Positions 28,222 through 36,291 of a stretch of DNA of 59,212 bases are shown piece by piece. Position 1 is the stretch's first letter. Each line of letters starts with the position of its first letter. Position numbers and translations under genes: made by a program. Below the pieces are notes generated by a model, which was not told where the DNA came from, made no database searches, and was given only the letters and a program-made list of their open reading frames with translations. Source of the stretch: Chitinophagales bacterium (GTDB taxonomy: Bacteria > Bacteroidota > Bacteroidia > Chitinophagales > JADIYW01); assembly GCA_044357355.1 (NCBI GenBank), contig JBIKPT010000001.1, positions 1 through 59,212 of the forward strand, written 5' to 3'.

Positions 28222-29478
28222 ATGTCAGAAAATAAAATCACCATTACACTAGAAGGAAAAACTACAGAATGTCCAGTTTTAGTAGGTACAGAGAATGAAT
28301 ACGCTATCAATATCGATAAATTAAGAGAAGATACAGGCTTTGTAACACTTGATTTCGGTTATAAAAACACCGGTGCTACCACCAGCAAAATCACCTTTTT
28401 GGATGGTGAGTTAGGTATTCTTCGTTATCGTGGGTATGAAATTGCCGACTTAGCTGAAAAATCAAACTTTACAGAAGTTGCATATTTATTGTTGTATGGT
28501 GAATTGCCAAATTCAACACAATTAGCCGATTTCAACCAAAAATTAAAAGACAATTCTGATGTACCTGCAGAAGTTGCTGCCATCTTGAAAGCATTACCAA
28601 AAGGCACGCATCCAATGGCGCAGTTAGCTGCTGTAACGGTTGTTTTATCAGGTGTCTACAAAGACGGTGCAAAATTAAGCGATGAAAATTACATTAATAT
28701 CTTAGCAAAATTTCCGGTTTTAGTAGCCATGGTTATCCGCAACTCTCAAGGATTGGATTTTGTACCAAACGATAAAAATCTGGATTATGTAGCCAACTTC
28801 CTGCAAATGGCATTTGGTAAACCAGCTTCAAATGTATTGATTGATGCTATGGATAAATTACTCATCTTACATGCAGATCACGAGCAAAACTGCTCTACAT
28901 CTACAGTTAGAATGGTTGGTTCTTCCAACGCAAATGTATATGCATCTGTTAGTGCCGGCATCAGCGCACTTTGGGGTCCTTTGCACGGTGGTGCTAACCA
29001 GGCAGTTTTAGAACAATTAGAAGCTATTGAAAAAGATGGTGGCGACACAGCAAAATTTGTGGCGATGGCAAAAGATAAAGCTTCCGGTTTTAGATTGATG
29101 GGTTTTGGACACAGAGTATACAAAAATTTTGATCCAAGAGCAAAAATTCTGAAAAAAGCATGCGATGAAGTGTTAGATGATTTAGGCGTTACCGATAAAA
29201 AATTAACGATTGCTGTAGAATTGGAGCAGGCTGCTTTGAACGATGACTATTTCGTATCCAGAAAACTTTATCCAAACGTTGACTTTTATTCCGGTTTGAT
29301 TTATCAGGCATTAGGATTCCCAACAGACAGTTTCACTACCCTGTTTGCCTTAGGCAGATTACCTGGTTGGGTTTCTCAATGGAAAGAATTGAAAGAAAAC
29401 AAAGAACCAATCGGAAGACCGCGTCAAATCTATTTAGGAGCAACCGTTCGTCCGTATACGGAGTTGACTGAAAGATAA
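28222..29478 (+). CDS. gltA: Citrate synthase
   Basis: LHADHEQNCSTSTVR, GPLHGGANQAV and GFGHRVYKNFDPRA catalytic signatures. Confidence 0.95.
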   Translation: MSENKITITLEGKTTECPVLVGTENEYAINIDKLREDTGFVTLDFGYKNTGATTSKITFLDGELGILRYRGYEIADLAEKSNFTEVAYLLLYGELPNSTQLADFNQKLKDNSDVPAEVAAILKALPKGTHPMAQLAAVTVVLSGVYKDGAKLSDENYINILAKFPVLVAMVIRNSQGLDFVPNDKNLDYVANFLQMAFGKPASNVLIDAMDKLLILHADHEQNCSTSTVRMVGSSNANVYASVSAGISALWGPLHGGANQAVLEQLEAIEKDGGDTAKFVAMAKDKASGFRLMGFGHRVYKNFDPRAKILKKACDEVLDDLGVTDKKLTIAVELEQAALNDDYFVSRKLYPNVDFYSGLIYQALGFPTDSFTTLFALGRLPGWVSQWKELKENKEPIGRPRQIYLGATVRPYTELTER

Positions 29479-29482
29479 TGTT

Positions 29483-29504
29483 AAAGATGATTTGAATCAT
29501 CTTT
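29483..29504 (+). terminator. Possible terminator hairpin after gltA
   Basis: aaagatgat-ttga-atcatcttt (9-bp A/T-rich stem) with a weak T tail. Confidence 0.4.
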
Positions 29505-29522
29505 TCATGTTCTGATTAACTG

Positions 29523-29530
29523 TATATTTG
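29523..29530 (+). promoter_or_regulatory. Candidate -7 box for the metal-motif island (near-leaderless)
   Basis: TATATTTG, only 8 nt before ATG 29539. Confidence 0.3.
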
Positions 29531-29538
29531 TACTATTA

Positions 29539-29928
29539 ATGAAAGCACTTGGTGCCATATTATTTTCTGTTTTTTTCCTGCTTACTACTATGCAGGAAGC
29601 CACTTTCTTGTTTTTATATAAACTGAATGAAAAGGCGATTACAGAGAAATATTGCGTAAATAAAGCCAAGCCAATGGAGCATTGTAATGGAAAATGTCAC
29701 TTAAACAAAACCATTGCAAAAGCAGAAACAGAAACGGCACAAAATCCTTTTTCTGTTTTAAATTTAAAAGTAAAGGAAGTAGAAATTTACATTCAGCAAT
29801 TTTATCAGTTACATGAAGTTTGCAATACTACCAATGTAACTTTTGCCGGATATGGCAGAAATTTTAATGCTCACTTATTAGACGGTGTTTCTTCAGCACC
29901 TGTAAAACCACCAACCGTTTTAGGATAA
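29539..29928 (+). CDS. Hypothetical N-terminally anchored protein with a C-x10-C-x3-C-H motif
   Basis: 129 aa. N-terminal hydrophobic helix, then YCVNKAKPMEHCNGKCHL. First gene of the metal-motif island. Confidence 0.5.
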   Translation: MKALGAILFSVFFLLTTMQEATFLFLYKLNEKAITEKYCVNKAKPMEHCNGKCHLNKTIAKAETETAQNPFSVLNLKVKEVEIYIQQFYQLHEVCNTTNVTFAGYGRNFNAHLLDGVSSAPVKPPTVLG

Positions 29929-29967
29929 ACAACCTAACCCTGATGGGTATTAGGCAAAAACAAAAGT

Positions 29968-29988
29968 CCCTTTAGGGATTTAGGGTTC
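29968..29988. repeat. Word-doublet spacer element ccctttaggga-tttagggttc
   Basis: Period-8 doublet 17 nt upstream of ATG 30006. An inverted partner word aacctaaccct lies at 29931-29941. Confidence 0.5.
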
Positions 29989-30005
29989 AATCTAAAACAA
30001 TATCA

Positions 30006-30944
30006 ATGTATAAATTCATAATAACGGTTATCTGTTGTTATGCTCAGTTCGTCTTTGCATGTGATTTTTGCGGATGTTCTCCGTCTGTGATGAACAGTGA
30101 TTTACTCTCATTACAACCGCAGTCGTCCATTGGAATCAACAGCAATTACAAAGGATATAAATACCTGAGCAACGAAAACGGATTATTAAAATCTCATATG
30201 GTAAGCAACAACCTGATGGTTGCTTATGCACCTAAAAACTGGGTGGAACTGCGTGTAAACTTACCACTTATCTGGATGACGAATCAATATAACGGTGTCA
30301 AAGACAACACATTTGGCATTGGAGATATGAGTTTGCTTTCCAATTTTAAAGTCGTAAACAGATCACCTATTGGAACCAACAAAAAAGTCGGACATACGCT
30401 TTTGCTCGGTTTTGGCATGGAATTTCCAACCGGCAAAAATCAGGTTTCTGATGATGTGCAATTGCAAAATTTCACTTTAGGTTCCAAGAGTATGGATTTC
30501 CTTTTCTCCGTTGTTTATAGCATGAGTTACCGCAAATGGAATGTTATTGGCGCAGGTTTGGTAAAAATAAATACCGAAAACAAAGACAAAGTACGTTATG
30601 GACATCTGTATTCCATTCAGGCAGGTACTGCTTACACGCATACCTTTAAAAAGTGTCAGTTATTGCCAAATATGGGATTGCGCGCTGAGATACAGGAGAA
30701 AAACCTACATAACCGAATTATACAAAAATTCACCGGTAGCTATGCATTATTTATACAATATGGTGCTGATTTAAACATAAAGAATTTTAATCTGGGTGTT
30801 CAGATACAACATCCGCTGGTACAAAATACCGCTTTCAATTCCATTAAACAGCAAAGTAACTTTTCTTTTAAAGTTGCATATATCATTAAAAAGAAAGCAA
30901 AAGTGGTTGCTACTGACAATGAACTTTCAGAAACTAAAAAATAA
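30006..30944 (+). CDS. Putative outer-membrane beta-barrel protein with an N-terminal CDFCGC motif
   Basis: Signal peptide ending FVFA. CDFCGCS lies at the mature N-terminus. Alternating amphipathic strands throughout, aromatic-rich C-terminus before a Lys-rich tail. Confidence 0.5.
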   Translation: MYKFIITVICCYAQFVFACDFCGCSPSVMNSDLLSLQPQSSIGINSNYKGYKYLSNENGLLKSHMVSNNLMVAYAPKNWVELRVNLPLIWMTNQYNGVKDNTFGIGDMSLLSNFKVVNRSPIGTNKKVGHTLLLGFGMEFPTGKNQVSDDVQLQNFTLGSKSMDFLFSVVYSMSYRKWNVIGAGLVKINTENKDKVRYGHLYSIQAGTAYTHTFKKCQLLPNMGLRAEIQEKNLHNRIIQKFTGSYALFIQYGADLNIKNFNLGVQIQHPLVQNTAFNSIKQQSNFSFKVAYIIKKKAKVVATDNELSETKK

Positions 30945-30962
30945 ACAATAAAACAACATAAA

Positions 30963-31346
30963 ATGATAAAGAAAACAGTATTCATCGCATTATTAGCTCT
31001 TGGAGCCATTGCATGTAAAAAAGAAGACGATTCCGAAAATCCGGTTATCACTATCTTTACACCAACCACGAATCAGGAATTCGAATCTGCTGACTCGGTG
31101 AGCATTAACTTCAAAGTAGAAGATGCCGATTTACATGAAGTAGGTTTTACTATTATAAAAGAAGGCACTACAGATACGCTTTATAACAAACCGGCATCTC
31201 ACACGCATGATAGTCCATATGTCATAAACAAAAAATATTTTGTTCCGGCAGACGCACACACGGATGCGACATTAATTGTAAATGCGGAAGATCACAATGG
31301 AAATACGGCAAGTAAATCTGTAAACTTTCATATTCATCCGTTATAA
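30963..31346 (+). CDS. DUF4625-like Ig-fold lipoprotein (His-rich)
   Basis: Lipobox LGAIAC. ITIFTPTTNQEF...HTHD...DHNGN...FHIHP pattern. Paralogue of 35781-36170. Confidence 0.6.
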   Translation: MIKKTVFIALLALGAIACKKEDDSENPVITIFTPTTNQEFESADSVSINFKVEDADLHEVGFTIIKEGTTDTLYNKPASHTHDSPYVINKKYFVPADAHTDATLIVNAEDHNGNTASKSVNFHIHPL

Positions 31347-31355
31347 TTAACAAAT

Positions 31356-31619
31356 ATGGACACTATTGTAACTATTATTTCTGTTGTAATAATGTTGATT
31401 TCGACATTCTTCCTGATGGAGCTGTCTTACAACAAACTTACCGGCAGAAAAATTAACGGTCAGCAGTTCTTAAAATACACATTGTTTTTAACAACAGGTA
31501 TTATGCTGTTTTTTTTACCAACTAACATTGGACTACTTATTTCATTGTTCATGATCTTATTCATCTATTTGATTAGAATGGTCCTTTTAACAAACAAATT
31601 ATCAAAACAACTCGATTAA
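31356..31619 (+). CDS. Small three-TM membrane protein
   Basis: 87 aa, three hydrophobic helices, tightly packed between island genes. Confidence 0.45.
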   Translation: MDTIVTIISVVIMLISTFFLMELSYNKLTGRKINGQQFLKYTLFLTTGIMLFFLPTNIGLLISLFMILFIYLIRMVLLTNKLSKQLD

Positions 31620-31671
31620 ATTTTTTAAAAATGAAAAAAATAACTTCAATCTTAAATAAAAAATCTAGTCT

Positions 31672-32487
31672 ATGAAGTATCTCAGAACTTTGTTGTTTGT
31701 TAACATTTTTGTGTTTGCATTAAATTCCTGTCAAAAAACAGATGTTAATGACATCACACCTGAAAATAATTTGGGAGCCATAGAATTTCAATTCGACAAT
31801 AAAATTGGTAGTGAAGAACTAACACTCAATGCAGATTGGTATTTGAATGCTAATGGTGACTCTATGAAGTTTAGCACAGTTAAATATTTTGTCAGCAATT
31901 TTAAACTTACACGCGAAGATGATAGTGTTTTTATTGTACCAAAAGATTCATGTTATTTTTTAATAAGCGAAGCTGAAGATTCAACACAAACAGTGATTAT
32001 TAAAAATGTTCCTTTTGGTAAATACAAAAAAGTGGCATTTATCATCGGTGTAGATTCTGCAAAATCATGCTCGCCTATCACAGAAAGAACTGGTTCACTC
32101 AGCACATCAGGCGGTATGGTTGCTGGTATGTATTGGCAATGGAATTCTGGCTATATTTTTGTTAAAGTAGAAGGCATTTCACCGCAATCCACCAACATAG
32201 ATAAATCATTCAAATACCATATCGGATTATTTGGTGGTTATTTGACTCCAACTATTAATAACATCAAAAATGTTGAGTTGACAGTTCCTTCTGGTGGCAC
32301 CATTAATGTGTTGAATAAAAACACGATTCCAAATGTACACATGAACGTTGATATTCTTCAGGTTTTTAATGGCGATACCAATATTAACATCAATGCCAAT
32401 TCAGAAATTATGGTGAGTACGCTATCTGCGTTCGTAGCAAACAATTACAAAAACATGTTCACAATTGACCATGTTCACAACAATTAA
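31672..32487 (+). CDS. MbnP-family protein (lipoprotein), copy 1
   Basis: Lipobox ALNSC. VKYFVSNFKL, GKYKKVAFIIGVD, MYWQWNSGYIFVKVEG and YHIGLFG blocks match the MbnP family pattern. Precedes the MbnH-like peroxidases. Confidence 0.65.
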   Translation: MKYLRTLLFVNIFVFALNSCQKTDVNDITPENNLGAIEFQFDNKIGSEELTLNADWYLNANGDSMKFSTVKYFVSNFKLTREDDSVFIVPKDSCYFLISEAEDSTQTVIIKNVPFGKYKKVAFIIGVDSAKSCSPITERTGSLSTSGGMVAGMYWQWNSGYIFVKVEGISPQSTNIDKSFKYHIGLFGGYLTPTINNIKNVELTVPSGGTINVLNKNTIPNVHMNVDILQVFNGDTNININANSEIMVSTLSAFVANNYKNMFTIDHVHNN

Positions 32488-32524
32488 AATCAATTATTAA
32501 ACAAATCAATTAAATTTTTAAAAA

Positions 32525-33301
32525 ATGAAAAAAACAATCTTATTTCAAGTAGCAGTAATTGCATCTTTGTTATTTACATCTTGCAAAAAAGAAAGCGTTA
32601 ATGTTTATGATGGAAAAATCAACTTAACTATCGACTCTAAAGTGGATGCTGCTGATTTTAAATTAAATCAAGACTTTACTATCAGTGGTAAAACTTACAA
32701 CTTCGATAAATTACGTTATTGGGTAAGTAATGTTGTCTTAATCAAAAGTGACGGCACTGAATTACCTATTCCAAATTCTTATTTCTTAGTAGAAGAAACA
32801 AATGCTGTTGGTATCGATGAAGGTTATACTTATCCAGCGAAAAAAAGAGAAGATATTGCTTTAAGTAGCATTCCTGCCGGTGATTACAAAGGCATTAAAC
32901 TTTCTATAGGTGTTGAACAAAAATACAACGACAATTTAAGTTTGCAAATTGGTGAGTTATCGCAAATGAATGGCATGACTAATATTGCTTGGATGTGGCG
33001 TACCAGCTATATTTTCTTAGCATTACACGGAAATGTTACTTCTGGTGCAACCTCAAAAACTTTTGTTGCAGAAACTGGTTTAAACGCAAACTACAAAACC
33101 AAAACTATCGACTTCGCAAAAACATTACGTGTTGATGGTGACAAAACCGCTAACATTAAATTAGATTTCAATGTAGCTAGTTTATTAACTGGTTTAGATG
33201 TATTAACAGACAATGTAATTGGTGGTGATACGCCAACACAAATGAGCACTTTAGCTACTAATTCTGTTGCAGCCATCTCATTAATGAGCGCAAGCAATTA
33301 A
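32525..33301 (+). CDS. MbnP-family protein (lipoprotein), copy 2
   Basis: Lipobox LFTSC. LRYWVSNVVL, GDYKGIKLSIGVE and IAWMWRTSYIFLALHG blocks are collinear with copy 1. Confidence 0.65.
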   Translation: MKKTILFQVAVIASLLFTSCKKESVNVYDGKINLTIDSKVDAADFKLNQDFTISGKTYNFDKLRYWVSNVVLIKSDGTELPIPNSYFLVEETNAVGIDEGYTYPAKKREDIALSSIPAGDYKGIKLSIGVEQKYNDNLSLQIGELSQMNGMTNIAWMWRTSYIFLALHGNVTSGATSKTFVAETGLNANYKTKTIDFAKTLRVDGDKTANIKLDFNVASLLTGLDVLTDNVIGGDTPTQMSTLATNSVAAISLMSASN

Positions 33302-33306
33302 TAAAA

Positions 33307-34353
33307 ATGCAACTCAAATCTTACATACCAATTATACTTATTACATTTTTATATGGATGTAAGAAAGAAACTATTACTCAGGAACAGCCATACAAATTGG
33401 CTGTTCCTGTTAATTTTCCTTCAATCAATACTTATTATGCAGATAATCCTTTAAGCAAAGATGGTATTGAATTAGGTAGAAAATTATTTTATGATGTTCG
33501 GCTTTCTGGAAATAATCAAGTAAACTGCGCTTCTTGTCATCAACAAAACAAGGCTTTCAGCGATGGCATAGCATTAACAAACGTTGGTGTTTCAGGCATT
33601 ACATTGCATCGACATTCGCCATCGTTAATAAACGTTGCTTGGCATAACAACGGATTATTTTGGGACGGTGGTTCTACCAACTTAGAATCTCAAGCATTTG
33701 CACCTATTACCAATCCTGATGAAATGGCGCAAAATCTTTATGAACTCGAAGATGAATTAAAACAAGTACCTGAATATGTTTCTTTATTTAGAAAAGTATT
33801 TAATGACACTATAAAATCAAATTATGTAGCACGTGCTTTGGCGCAATTTCAACGCACGCTTATTTCTTCAAATGCAAAATATGATAAGTATGTTCGTAGA
33901 GAAAACAATACATCTTTAACTGCGCAAGAATTACAAGGACTATCATTAGTAAAAACAAAATGTCAGCACTGTCACAGCACTGATTTATTTACAGATGATC
34001 AATATCATAACAACGGAATTGACGATGACTTTTCGAACACTTCATTTTCAAATCTATTTTTAGGAAGATTCAGAATTACCAATAATATAGCAGACATCGG
34101 AAAATATAAAACACCAACACTACGCAATGTGATGCTAACAGCACCTTATATGCACGATGGTCGTTTTGCAAGTATCGAAGATGTTTTAAATCATTATAGT
34201 AATGGTGTTAAAATCACCACTACAACAGATCCATTTTTAATTCCAAATAATGGAATTCCATTAACGAATACGGAAAAACAAGCAATCATCGCTTTCTTAC
34301 ATACGTTAACTGATTACGATTTTATTTCTAATCCAAATTTTGCGCAACCATGA
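33307..34353 (+). CDS. Di-haem cytochrome c peroxidase family protein (MbnH/MauG-like), copy 1
   Basis: Two CxxCH sites (CASCH, CQHCH) and TPTLRNVMLTAPYMHDGRF. Confidence 0.8.
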   Translation: MQLKSYIPIILITFLYGCKKETITQEQPYKLAVPVNFPSINTYYADNPLSKDGIELGRKLFYDVRLSGNNQVNCASCHQQNKAFSDGIALTNVGVSGITLHRHSPSLINVAWHNNGLFWDGGSTNLESQAFAPITNPDEMAQNLYELEDELKQVPEYVSLFRKVFNDTIKSNYVARALAQFQRTLISSNAKYDKYVRRENNTSLTAQELQGLSLVKTKCQHCHSTDLFTDDQYHNNGIDDDFSNTSFSNLFLGRFRITNNIADIGKYKTPTLRNVMLTAPYMHDGRFASIEDVLNHYSNGVKITTTTDPFLIPNNGIPLTNTEKQAIIAFLHTLTDYDFISNPNFAQP

Positions 34354-35381
34354 AAATAAACTATTTATTGATCATTAGTTTTTTATTTACAACTATTGTT
34401 GCCTGTACAAAAGAAGGCGCTAATGATATTTCAGAAAATGATACTCTTGAAATTCCTGGCAATTTTCCGGCAATGAAATACAATATCAACTTAAATGCTT
34501 ACTCAAAAGAAAAGCAAGAGCTCGGTAAAAAACTATTTTACGATGGAAGGCTTTCCAGTGATGGAAATATATCATGTGGCAGCTGTCACCAACAGTTTGC
34601 TGCATTTGCACATGCAGATCACAATGTAAGTCATGGTGTAGAAGACAGATTAGGCACTCGCAACTCTCCAGCTTTATTTAATTTAGCCTGGCAATCTTCT
34701 TTCTTTTGGGATGGCGGCGTTTTTAATTTAGATTTATTTCATGTTAGTCCAATTGAAAATCCGGTTGAAATGAATAACAAAATTGATTCGGTGGTAAATA
34801 TGTTAAAGAGAGACAAAGACTATCCAACATTATTTAAAAAAGCATTTAACACCAACAATATCACTTCAATAAATCTATCTCAAGCATTATCAGCATTTTT
34901 AGTTTCTATGGTTTCTAACGATTCTAAATACGATGAATATTTAGCAGGAAAAACTACCTTAACGACTGCAGAAACTGAAGGCATGCAATTATTTGAACAG
35001 AAATGTGCTTCGTGCCATTCAGGCATTTTATTCTCAGATTTTGATTTTAGAAATAATGGCTTATCTACACGGTTTGACTTAGGCAGATTTCACATAACTT
35101 TGGTAGAAACAGATAGTTTTAAATTTAAAACACCAAGCTTACGTAATATCGAAAAATCATCACCATATATGCACGATGGCAGGTTCAACACATTAGAGCA
35201 AGTGTTGAATCATTACAGCAGTGGCGTTGTTAAAACAACAACAACTTTAGATACTATTCTGCAAAGAAACAGCCAACTCGGCATTGCATTAACTGCTGAT
35301 GAAAAAACAAAAATCATTGCTTTCCTAAAAACATTAACGGATAATAAATTCTTAACTGACAGCAGATTTTCTGAGTTCTAA
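34350..35381 (+). CDS. Di-haem cytochrome c peroxidase family protein (MbnH/MauG-like), copy 2
   Basis: CGSCH and CASCH haem sites, TPSLRNIEKSSPYMHDGRF. ATGA start/stop overlap with copy 1. Confidence 0.8.
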   Translation: MKINYLLIISFLFTTIVACTKEGANDISENDTLEIPGNFPAMKYNINLNAYSKEKQELGKKLFYDGRLSSDGNISCGSCHQQFAAFAHADHNVSHGVEDRLGTRNSPALFNLAWQSSFFWDGGVFNLDLFHVSPIENPVEMNNKIDSVVNMLKRDKDYPTLFKKAFNTNNITSINLSQALSAFLVSMVSNDSKYDEYLAGKTTLTTAETEGMQLFEQKCASCHSGILFSDFDFRNNGLSTRFDLGRFHITLVETDSFKFKTPSLRNIEKSSPYMHDGRFNTLEQVLNHYSSGVVKTTTTLDTILQRNSQLGIALTADEKTKIIAFLKTLTDNKFLTDSRFSEF

Positions 35382-35428
35382 TTTTTCCAAAATATAAATG
35401 ATAATTTGATGCAATAAATGGTTCGTAA

Positions 35429-35749
35429 AATGGTACTTTTTTATTTACAGACAACAGTTTTCAGAATAATGGTATTTATGAATATTATGCAGATTCTGGT
35501 CGCGCAAGAATAACGCTCAACCAGGATGATGTAGGTTTGTTCAAAGTACCTTCATTACGCAATATAGAAAAAACAGCACCATACATGCACGATGGATCTT
35601 TTGCAACATTAGAAGAAGTGATAGAACATTATAACAGCGGTGGCAAATCGCATCGAAATAAAAGCTCTATTCTGAGACAATTAAATCTTAGCACACAAGA
35701 CAAACAAGATTTAGTTGCTTTCTTAAAAGCTTTGACTGATGAAAAATAA
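35429..35749 (+). pseudogene. 3' remnant of a third cytochrome c peroxidase gene (both haem sites missing)
   Basis: In-frame translation from 35429 reads NGTFLFTDNSFQNNG...GLFKVPSLRNIEKTAPYMHDGSFATLEEVIEHYNSGG. This matches only the last third of a peroxidase. A stop at 35426 and no CxxCH. The ORF track shows only a TTG-started 70-aa piece. Confidence 0.75.
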
Positions 35750-35780
35750 ACAATATTATTTAATCTAAATTTAAATAAAA

Positions 35781-36170
35781 ATGAAAAATTTTCTAAAAAC
35801 AGCCTTAATATTATTATCGTTTACTGCTTTTTCTTGTAAAAAAGTAACAACCAATACCATACAAGACGTAACGATAGATATTTTATCTCCAACACCAAAT
35901 CAACAATTTGCTTTAGGTGATACGATAAAAGTTATAGCAAAAGTTACTTCTAATAAGGAAATTCATGGTTATTCATTAGTTATAAAAAAGATTAGTGGAG
36001 GACAAGTAAAAAACAATTCTGACCATGAACACGGAACCTCTTTAACAATCAACAAATACTGGGTAAATAATTTAACTGAAAGTTCAGACATGATTGCAGA
36101 TATAACTGTTGAATTAGATCATGACGGCAGCACAACAACAAAATCAGTAATATTCAAATGCCATCCATAA
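35781..36170 (+). CDS. DUF4625-like Ig-fold lipoprotein (His-rich), second copy
   Basis: Lipobox AFSC. IDILSPTPNQQF...HEHG...DHDGS...FKCHP, collinear with 30963-31346. Confidence 0.6.
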   Translation: MKNFLKTALILLSFTAFSCKKVTTNTIQDVTIDILSPTPNQQFALGDTIKVIAKVTSNKEIHGYSLVIKKISGGQVKNNSDHEHGTSLTINKYWVNNLTESSDMIADITVELDHDGSTTTKSVIFKCHP

Positions 36171-36226
36171 TTTTATATTATTAATTAATGAGAAAAGTAT
36201 CTAAAAATCTTAAGATTTAGACGTTT

Positions 36227-36265
36227 AAATGGTCAATCATATACAGATTGACCATTTTTATTTTC
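36227..36265 (+). terminator. Rho-independent terminator closing the MbnP/MbnH island
   Basis: aaatggtcaatc-atataca-gattgaccattt (12-bp stem), then ttatttt. Confidence 0.75.
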
Positions 36266-36266
36266 A

Positions 36267-36274
36267 TACCTTTG
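36267..36274 (+). promoter_or_regulatory. Candidate -7 box for hflX
   Basis: TACCTTTG, 17 nt upstream of ATG 36292, just after the island terminator. Confidence 0.4.
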
Positions 36275-36291
36275 CAGTTCAATAATTATTA

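Noticed and set aside
35537-35749. 70-aa TTG-initiated ORF as an independent small gene.
   Set aside because: Homology to the peroxidase C-terminus continues upstream of the TTG to 35429 and then stops at an in-frame stop. There is no haem-binding motif. I treat it as a gene remnant.
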